DNA of 32,000 nucleotides from Zygophlyctis sp. KS116 (lineage: Eukaryota > Fungi > Chytridiomycota), in contig BAAFSQ010000013.1 in the NCBI GenBank assembly GCA_054661495.1, forward strand, positions 52,506-84,505. The letters are read 5' to 3'. The position numbers were made by a program, and so were the translations under genes. Under the pieces are notes generated by a model that saw nothing but the letters and a program-made list of their open reading frames with translations, searched no databases and had not been told where the DNA came from. This document shows, piece by piece, positions 1 to 7,320 of this stretch; the stretch's first letter is position 1; each line of letters starts with the position of its first letter.

Positions 1-35
1 CCGGTAAAAGCAGTAAAATTTCCCATTGGAAAAAA

Positions 36-962
36 ATGATTGTGGCACTCTTGTATCTAATTGGATTAGTTGCATGCAGAAGCAACCAAATACAAATGAT
101 TGATGTCTATTTGAATCAGATGATGAATAGAATGGATTTTACTCTGGATTATGCATTGGATAAAGCTTTTAGTGTTCAGGCATTTCCTCAGGACGCTGAA
201 GGGGAGATCTTTCAATTAAAAAAAGCAGTTATCAAGGAGGCACAAGACTTGTATAGACCATTGGCTAAAGCAGTATTGGTTGAATCTTTCACTCCTAAAT
301 TGCACAAAAGAGGTGATGATGGCATAGATACAGCAAATGTTTTGGAAGAGACTGTTACTGAAACATCAAAAGATAAATCAATACCGGTTGCTAATGATCC
401 ATTTGAAAAGGCTTCAAAATTAGTAAATGCTAACAATGAAAAATCAGTACCTGTTACAGCTAATGATGCTGAAAAAGTGTCTGGGAATGCAAATGCTGAA
501 AGCATGTTTAAACAGGTGGGCGATGCTATTAAGAATGCAAAAGAAAAAGTTAAAAATGTAGTACCTGGAATTGGAGCAAATTCTCACAGTTCCCAAGACA
601 CTACCAGTGGAATGGCAAAGGCCGTCAATCATATTAATGAGAAGGTTCCAGCAGAAATGTCCTGGAATATAAGAATGACTGAAATGATCAAAAGATTTTT
701 TAGTAGAATAGTCCAAAAACTCAAAGATTCTTGGGCAAAAGTTGTCGATGCTTTGAATTTAGGAAAGATTAAGGAATTCTTCAAGGCTAATGAGGTTGAA
801 AAGGGGGAATCAGCAACAATATTTCAAAAGTTTCAAAGCCTTCTGACTTCAACGTCGATGAAATATGCTGGCTTAGCGATTGCTACGCTTTCTTTGTCTT
901 ATTTGGTCTACAGTTTCTTTTTCAAAAAGGCTGAAATTGATGATCACGAATACTTTGAATAA
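36..962 (+). CDS. Orphan secreted/membrane protein (signal peptide, pro-region, LHKR site, C-terminal TM); probable distant member of the tandem pro-domain family
   Basis: Intronless 308-aa ORF with hydrophobic N-terminus MIVALLYLIGLVAC, LHKR at 300-311 and TM YAGLAIATLSLSYLVYSFFF. Weak similarity to neighbours (QDLYRPLAKAVL vs MHEFRPIALQVI). Confidence 0.8.
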   Translation: MIVALLYLIGLVACRSNQIQMIDVYLNQMMNRMDFTLDYALDKAFSVQAFPQDAEGEIFQLKKAVIKEAQDLYRPLAKAVLVESFTPKLHKRGDDGIDTANVLEETVTETSKDKSIPVANDPFEKASKLVNANNEKSVPVTANDAEKVSGNANAESMFKQVGDAIKNAKEKVKNVVPGIGANSHSSQDTTSGMAKAVNHINEKVPAEMSWNIRMTEMIKRFFSRIVQKLKDSWAKVVDALNLGKIKEFFKANEVEKGESATIFQKFQSLLTSTSMKYAGLAIATLSLSYLVYSFFFKKAEIDDHEYFE

Positions 963-1159
963 GTAGTAGAATTTAAAATTAGAATTAGAGAAAGATTTTA
1001 GAAATAATTGAAAATTGAGCATATTTTGTTATCATGGCTCAAGTCACAATATAGACATTTTGCCTGAACAGAAGGAAATCGTATCAAAGGAATGCAAATT
1101 TGGTGTTTCATATTCTTGATAACACCCCTGCAACTGTTCATCTTTTTGATTCTCTTAAA

Positions 1160-1954
1160 ATGATTGTAATACTTGTTTTTGGATTCCTTATGTCCATAGC
1201 AGCTTTTGCTAGTGGAAAAGATTCAAGCAGCATCGCATATGAAATGATTATGCAAAAGTATGAAAATGCGGCATCACTGGCAACAGCTCAGCAGGCCATG
1301 AAAACTTACAAGAAACAATTTTATGCTGATCCACCGGTTTCTGGGAATGATTTAATCCCGTACAATCAGATCTTTAAAGAATATCAGCAAATTTCGGACT
1401 CTTTATTGCAAAAAACGGCTCAAGTCATACATTTATCAATAAATGAATTAAAAGAAAATTCCAATAATGAATTCTATGTCTGGGACACTAACTCTCAAAT
1501 GTGGCATCTTCCTCAGCAGGCTGCCCCTGCTAGCCCGGTGGACGGAGCGGCAATCAATGCTGGAAAACTATCAAAACAAATTCAAGATTCACTTAAGAAA
1601 CAACTGGATTTTGATAACTCAATGCTGGTTAAACGATCAGTGGTTTTGCCGTCTTTTTTCAGGGGGTTTGCTAAATCAAAGACGACAGATGTTTTGCATC
1701 CAGACTCAATAAAGCTAGGATGGTGGCGATCAGTTTTTGGAAGAGCAAAACTCAAAAATGAGATTAGACTCTTCTTTTATCCGAATATTGTAAAGGTATA
1801 TTTTGGAATAGCGTCAGTGGGCTACCTGTACTTTATTTGTAGAGATGTTTTCGGTAAACAATCGACAAGTATATCTGAAGCCGGAATTGGATCCATAGAA
1901 TCTTCCACTGAGCAAATCAATGATTCTTTATCAGCCACGGCCTTAATATCTTAA
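1160..1954 (+). CDS. Pro-domain family member 2 (signal peptide, WHLP pro-domain, LVKR, cationic payload, TM)
   Basis: First ATG at 1160 opens signal peptide MIVILVFGFLMSIAAFA. Motif EFYVWDTNSQMWHLPQQAAPASPVDGAAINAGKLSKQIQDSL is shared with 2178..3008. LVKR at 1625-1636. Confidence 0.85.
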   Translation: MIVILVFGFLMSIAAFASGKDSSSIAYEMIMQKYENAASLATAQQAMKTYKKQFYADPPVSGNDLIPYNQIFKEYQQISDSLLQKTAQVIHLSINELKENSNNEFYVWDTNSQMWHLPQQAAPASPVDGAAINAGKLSKQIQDSLKKQLDFDNSMLVKRSVVLPSFFRGFAKSKTTDVLHPDSIKLGWWRSVFGRAKLKNEIRLFFYPNIVKVYFGIASVGYLYFICRDVFGKQSTSISEAGIGSIESSTEQINDSLSATALIS

Positions 1955-2177
1955 GTTTTTCAATGGAATTGATTCACATTTCAAATATTTTCATACCAGC
2001 GAGATTACTGGATTTTCACTCCTATGAAATATATTTTTATACTTGATAACTATTCATTTATTAATATATATAATACTAAGTTGACGATATGACTGCCGCA
2101 ATAGCAATAAAGTTTCAGATTCGCCCCTAGTGGTAAGAAACTGCACCGTTGCCGCAACTTTCAAATTAAATAGAAAA

Positions 2178-3008
2178 ATGGTTCTGATACTATTCTTATC
2201 GATCTTCCTTGCAATCTCTGCCGAGCAATCAGAAAATCAAAATCACTGGGCTGAAGATGCCTATCATCAAATAATGCAGCAGTATGAAAATGGACTTAAC
2301 ACAGGATCTTATAAAAGTGCCCAAGCACTATATCAGAAGCAATTAACTGTGACTCCAGCTCTTACGGCTGATCAAGTGGTTCCGTTCAACGAAATTTTGC
2401 AAGAAGTAAACGGTGTTACAGCTCAAGCCTTGAGTATTACCAAACCCATCATATACAATTCCATCTTAGAAGCTAAAACAAACCCCAAAGGAGAATATTA
2501 TGTTTGGAATTTTACCACTAACGTTTGGCATTTGCCTCAACAAGACGCCCCCGTTAAGCCAGTGGACGGAGCCGAAATAAATGCTAGAAAACTATCAAAA
2601 AAAATTCAAGATTCCGTTACAAGATCGTTATCCTCTATCAATCCCGAAATTCAAAAGAGAGGTTTCAGCGTTAGATTACCTCCTGCCTCCGGCTTTTCCA
2701 CTGCAGCTAAATCTATTAAAAAACCGCCACCAAAATGGTACTCATACAAAGGTTTGAAACTAAGCTTTCTACAATCATGCGCTAATTTTGTCAAACCATC
2801 AATCGTTAAATACACATTTGCAATATTTGGTGGGATAGGATTCATATTTTTGTTAAAGGATGCATTCTCAAAGATGAGAGGTCAGTCACCAAACCGAGCT
2901 CCTTCTCTTCAAGATGGCTATGATTACAGCGCTGGCACAGATCAGCTATACGATTCTGCAACTGATGTGCATTATCCTTCCTCTAATGGTGGATTTTATG
3001 GCAACTGA
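2178..3008 (+). CDS. Pro-domain family member 3 (signal peptide, WHLP pro-domain, IQKR, cationic payload, TM, Tyr-rich tail)
   Basis: ATG at 2178 (MVLILFLSIFLAISA); EYYVWNFTTNVWHLPQQDAPVKPVDGAEINARKLSKKIQDSV; IQKR at 2649-2660; TM YTFAIFGGIGFIFLL. Confidence 0.85.
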   Translation: MVLILFLSIFLAISAEQSENQNHWAEDAYHQIMQQYENGLNTGSYKSAQALYQKQLTVTPALTADQVVPFNEILQEVNGVTAQALSITKPIIYNSILEAKTNPKGEYYVWNFTTNVWHLPQQDAPVKPVDGAEINARKLSKKIQDSVTRSLSSINPEIQKRGFSVRLPPASGFSTAAKSIKKPPPKWYSYKGLKLSFLQSCANFVKPSIVKYTFAIFGGIGFIFLLKDAFSKMRGQSPNRAPSLQDGYDYSAGTDQLYDSATDVHYPSSNGGFYGN

Positions 3009-3149
3009 AGCCAATCTACACAGTTGAATCCGATGATTTTTTGAACTTTATGGAATAAAAATGAATTTAAAAAAACATCCTTTTATGATACTAAGTTTCC
3101 AATCAGGTCAAATCTTGGCAGCATCAAAAATTAAGCTATTGTTCAATAA

Positions 3150-3727
3150 TAAACCATGATCAATATGTAAACCATTTGTGTATCATGTTTCGGCGTAGAT
3201 TGCGGCACTTTGCCGTAAAGTAAATGTCTCATGTTGTTCAGAATATTCTAAAATATGAAAAATGTGGTAGTACTTTCTGTCTTAGTAGCCTATGCAGCTG
3301 CATTAGTAACTGATCCCTTCAATGACTTTATGCAACAATTAGAAATAATGGTCAAGAAAACAAACTTTGGATCCTGCAAAAACATTTCAATTGACCAATC
3401 AACATCTAGAGACCTTCCTTCAGGACAGGATTCTATCTCTTTTGATGACTGCATACAATACTCGAATCAAATGACAGACGGGTTAATGCACGAATTTCGT
3501 CCGATCGCCTTACAAGTTATTGCTAATGCGAGCAGTAACGTTAATGGTGATTACTATGAATTTGATAAAGTGAGCGGCTCTTGGCATCTACCAAACCAAT
3601 CTACACCGGAAGTTCCTGTGAATGGACTATATCAAAATGCTAAAATCATGACCATAATTTTGGACTCGCAGTTTAAGCGGTTGGTTCAAAAAAACAGCGA
3701 TAACAGCATCATATTAGAGAGAAGAGG
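3150..3727 (+). repeat. Direct repeat copy 1 (promoter + signal peptide + pro-domain)
   Basis: Aligns to 4611-5188 at offset 1461; 3224-3601 is identical by eye. Confidence 0.95.
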
Positions 3728-4355
3728 ATTTTTTAAATTACCATCTACTTCTATGAGATCATTAAGCTCATCAAGTCACTCTGCTTCTTCTTTGAGCAAA
3801 AGTTCAGGGGAAATTACTGAAAAAATTGGTAATCTTGGACCCAATCGAAATGCTCTACCTGACTGGGGAGAATCGTCTGTTGATGATTCTACTGGTATGT
3901 TTTCTGCTTCATTGATCGAAGACGCTCATTTGCCTGATGGACGGTCCAATGTCGATTCTACTGGGGCAATATCTTCGCATGAAAACCTGCCATCATTTAA
4001 ATATTTTAGCACTGGTTCTGGACAAAATTCTGAAAAGATAGGTCATGTCTTTGAAAAAGGAAGTCCTCAATTACCTAATGAAAAATCATTCATTGAAGAT
4101 TCTTTACCGAAAAATTCACCGGCCCAAAAAAACTTGCCTATAGAAGATAAAAGCACTGGGCTAAACCATTTAGAAGAGACAAATACAGAAACTATAGTGA
4201 ATAATCCAATTCCTGTACGCAAATATCGTTCGGTACGGCAGATAGTTTGCATAGTATTACTTTCGACAGGGATAATCATTTCCTTGTTCATCCTTATTGG
4301 TTCTATTGTTCTCAACATACTTCAAAAAACCATACAAATTCAGCATCTTTCTTAA
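3255..4355 (+). CDS. Pro-domain family member 4 (signal peptide, WHLP pro-domain, LERR, Ser-rich payload, C-terminal TM)
   Basis: 366-aa ORF; DYYEFDKVSGSWHLPNQSTPEVPVNG; LERR at 3714-3725; TM IVCIVLLSTGIIISLFILIGSIVLNIL. Confidence 0.88.
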   Translation: MKNVVVLSVLVAYAAALVTDPFNDFMQQLEIMVKKTNFGSCKNISIDQSTSRDLPSGQDSISFDDCIQYSNQMTDGLMHEFRPIALQVIANASSNVNGDYYEFDKVSGSWHLPNQSTPEVPVNGLYQNAKIMTIILDSQFKRLVQKNSDNSIILERRGFFKLPSTSMRSLSSSSHSASSLSKSSGEITEKIGNLGPNRNALPDWGESSVDDSTGMFSASLIEDAHLPDGRSNVDSTGAISSHENLPSFKYFSTGSGQNSEKIGHVFEKGSPQLPNEKSFIEDSLPKNSPAQKNLPIEDKSTGLNHLEETNTETIVNNPIPVRKYRSVRQIVCIVLLSTGIIISLFILIGSIVLNILQKTIQIQHLS

Positions 4356-4610
4356 GTATTTGACATAAATTCTCAAGTTTTGTCAGCGTGGATCAACCAC
4401 ACTCCTGAATAGAACTCGTATTTATAACTTAAATCGAATAAAAATTGATTTCACTTAGATTCCACATATTTAAAAACAATCAAAGCATCCAATCTGCTTA
4501 TTTCAGTCCGCTCGTCTGCAAACATTTGCAAAAATGGTTAAATATTGCGAGCAGCAGAAGTATTGGAGTGATTACAGATCATTAAATCAGATTTAATTAT
4601 GGCCCGAGAA

Positions 4611-5188
4611 TAAAATATGATTAATATGTACACCATTAGTGTTTCATGTTTCGGCGTAGATTGCGGCACTTTGCGGTAAAGTATATGTCTCATGTTGTTC
4701 AGAATATTCTAAAATATGAAAAATGTGGTAGTACTTTCTGTCTTAGTAGCCTATGCAGCTGCATTAGTAACTGATCCCTTCAATGACTTTATGCAACAAT
4801 TAGAAATAATGGTCAAGAAAACAAACTTTGGATCCTGCAAAAACATTTCAATTGACCAATCAACATCTAGAGACCTTCCTTCAGGACAGGATTCTATCTC
4901 TTTTGATGACTGCATACAATACTCGAATCAAATGACAGACGGGTTAATGCACGAATTTCGTCCGATCGCCTTACAAGTTATTGCTAATGCGAGCAGTAAC
5001 GTTAATGGTGATTACTATGAATTTGATAAAGTGAGCGGCTCTTGGCATCTACCAAACCAATCCACATCGGAAGTTCCTGTGAATGGACTATATCAAAATG
5101 CTAAAATTATGACCATAATTTTGGACTCTCAGTTTAAGCGATTGGTACAGACAAAGAGCAATAACAGCAACATATTAGAGAGAAGAGG
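4611..5188 (+). repeat. Direct repeat copy 2 (promoter + signal peptide + pro-domain)
   Basis: Matches 3150-3727; similarity ends at gagagaagagg (E-R-R-G). Confidence 0.95.
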
Positions 5189-6107
5189 GATCACAAATGC
5201 GAAAGCTCTGCCTGGTTATTTTTCAGATGAGCTTAGTTCATTGGGATATTCAATTCCTTCTCTTTCTTCTGCCAGCAAAAGCTCGGTAAATCCTGTAGAG
5301 CGCCAGGCTTTACTCGAGGAGTGGACCAGGAGGCATATTAAAATCGCTTCTGAAAAGGCAAATTCATTAAATGAAATGTCTTCTAAAGGTTCATTAGGAT
5401 CTTCATTTCGTTCCGTTTCTTCTGCTAGCAAAAGCTCTGTAAATGCCTTAGAGCGCCATGCTTCTAAAGAACGCTTACAGCGTCAAGCGATTTTAGATGA
5501 ATTTAATCTGAATCACTTGGAAAATCAGGCAAAACTTTCTCAAGATGAGCATTTTCTTCAACAAAAATTTGGTGATATCGAATCTGCCAATGGACAATCA
5601 AGCAGTTATAGAAACGGAATTACAATTGAATCAAAAATTACAAAGATCCATGCTTCATTGCTAGCCATGTCAACAATTTTTAGCTTGGTCGCTGTAATCC
5701 TTCTGATCGTGCAATCCCAAAAAATCGGTTTATTGAAGTCTGGGATTTCAACTTTACTCAACTCTCCAACTCCAACAATGGGAATATTTTATGGCGACGA
5801 AATGGTCTCACAAACTGAAATTCCAACATCCATTGAATCTTCTTCGAGTTTACAAGCATCCCCTTCCGAAACAACATCCTCGGCATCGGAGTCAAATACG
5901 ACTTTGATCTCTGAGTCAAATACGACTTCTCAAACTACTACGGTCTCTGAGAATAACACGGCTTCCGAAACATCCTCTTCAGCCTCTGAGACACCATCTG
6001 TTATATTTGATCAGGCAACGAACACCACGTACTTTTTTGACGAAAACACTGGATTCTACTACTATTGGAATCCTGAAAAAAACTCATATGAATGGTATAC
6101 GGAATAG
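4716..6107 (+). CDS. Pro-domain family member 5 (near-identical N-terminus to member 4; different payload with TM, Ser/Thr-rich region and aromatic OCRE-like tail)
   Basis: 463-aa ORF; first 158 aa almost identical to 3255..4355; LERR at 5175-5186; TM IHASLLAMSTIFSLVAVILLIV; tail YFFDENTGFYYYWNPEKNSYEWY. Confidence 0.88.
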   Translation: MKNVVVLSVLVAYAAALVTDPFNDFMQQLEIMVKKTNFGSCKNISIDQSTSRDLPSGQDSISFDDCIQYSNQMTDGLMHEFRPIALQVIANASSNVNGDYYEFDKVSGSWHLPNQSTSEVPVNGLYQNAKIMTIILDSQFKRLVQTKSNNSNILERRGITNAKALPGYFSDELSSLGYSIPSLSSASKSSVNPVERQALLEEWTRRHIKIASEKANSLNEMSSKGSLGSSFRSVSSASKSSVNALERHASKERLQRQAILDEFNLNHLENQAKLSQDEHFLQQKFGDIESANGQSSSYRNGITIESKITKIHASLLAMSTIFSLVAVILLIVQSQKIGLLKSGISTLLNSPTPTMGIFYGDEMVSQTEIPTSIESSSSLQASPSETTSSASESNTTLISESNTTSQTTTVSENNTASETSSSASETPSVIFDQATNTTYFFDENTGFYYYWNPEKNSYEWYTE

Positions 6108-6256
6108 ATTAGATTTTGAATTTTTAGCAGTTTTTTATTATCCCATTCCTGATTCAGTCCAAATATTTTCTGGTGTCCATACTGATTCTTCAGATTATGA
6201 ATGGAAATCTACAAATCAATTAAGTTTACCAACAAAAAGAATCTATTAAATAAAAT

Positions 6257-7018
6257 TCATAATTGTAATTTATTCCTTGCATATTCCACAAAAGAATCAA
6301 AAACTGTTGGCCATGCACCATCTATTTTCATTAAAATATATGTTATACCTTCATCATATCCTGAAAAATCATCACCGATAGAGTCCATGAAATCTATCAA
6401 TAGACTCCATACATCTTTATTGATTGACTTTTTGTAATGCTCTGTCAGATATTCAATCCACAAGTCCAAATGCTTATATTTTTTTATAGGAAGAATTAAT
6501 CGCCAAAACGCAATCGCAGTGTCGAGAGGCAAAGACTTTTGTTGAGTATCCAGAGATTTCGCCCATCCAAATGTCCAAACATAAACTTTTTGAAAAATAG
6601 CTGGATCTGATAATTCATTTTTCAAATTATCTACACAAGATTTCATTTGATCAAACGTTTGTGCTCCAAGATTTGTCCAGCCTTTGATCCAGCCTTGCCT
6701 GCTAAACTCACACATAGACTCGGACTCTAGATGCCAACTTAATACAAGCATTAAAACATCATTCGGGTCCACGCCGAGATCTGCACATAATTTTTCTGTT
6801 CCATTTACAAGAATAACATTTTTATCATTGGCATCGCAGTATTCGTCAAAGATTTTTTCAATTTTGGAGTTTGTTATTTGCTTCGGGACTCTAGAAAAAT
6901 AGCTGTCGACTGCCTGATCTAAATTCCAGTTAAATTCTTTAAGAAACTTGGTCGCCAATGCCTGTGTAGATGAAGTAAATGCTACAAAAGCCTTGATTTT
7001 CTCTTTTTGAGTTGGCAT
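6257..7018 (-). CDS. DCN1: DCN1-like cullin neddylation E3 (UBA-like + PONY domain)
   Basis: Motifs NWNLDQAVDSYF, KLCADLGVDP, CEFSRQGWIKG, QKSLPLDTAIAFW, INKDVW. Removing a 27-nt intron (6322-6348) restores YDEDGAWP. Confidence 0.95.
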   Translation of the reverse strand: MPTQKEKIKAFVAFTSSTQALATKFLKEFNWNLDQAVDSYFSRVPKQITNSKIEKIFDEYCDANDKNVILVNGTEKLCADLGVDPNDVLMLVLSWHLESESMCEFSRQGWIKGWTNLGAQTFDQMKSCVDNLKNELSDPAIFQKVYVWTFGWAKSLDTQQKSLPLDTAIAFWRLILPIKKYKHLDLWIEYLTEHYKKSINKDVWSLLIDFMDSIGDDFSGYDEGITYILMKIDGAWPTVFDSFVEYARNKLQL

Positions 7019-7320
7019 TCGGTCCGCCTAGCCGGAAACGCCATGTTCAGTTTATGTCCATTACCTGAAAGAGGGATTGTAACTATCATGCAAGCAACAT
7101 GATTCATAACAGGGAATTATCTAAACGGACCGATGAAAAAATGATCAACAATCACCAGTTCTGCAATCAGCAGTTCTGGTGCTAATTTATCTAAACGAAT
7201 TTTAGTTTGAACATGATTATTTAGATAATGGGATGAGCAGTTTGGTAATTTCGGCGCATTTCATGCTGATGACATGCAATGTGTCGATGACGTGAATCCA
7301 TTGTTCTAAGAAAATATACA

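Noticed and set aside
212-5431. Short antisense or alternative-frame ORFs (212..505, 444..716, 1467..1712, 2651..2845, 4067..4318, 5216..5431)
   Set aside because: They are shadows of the longer sense genes and have no recognisable motifs.
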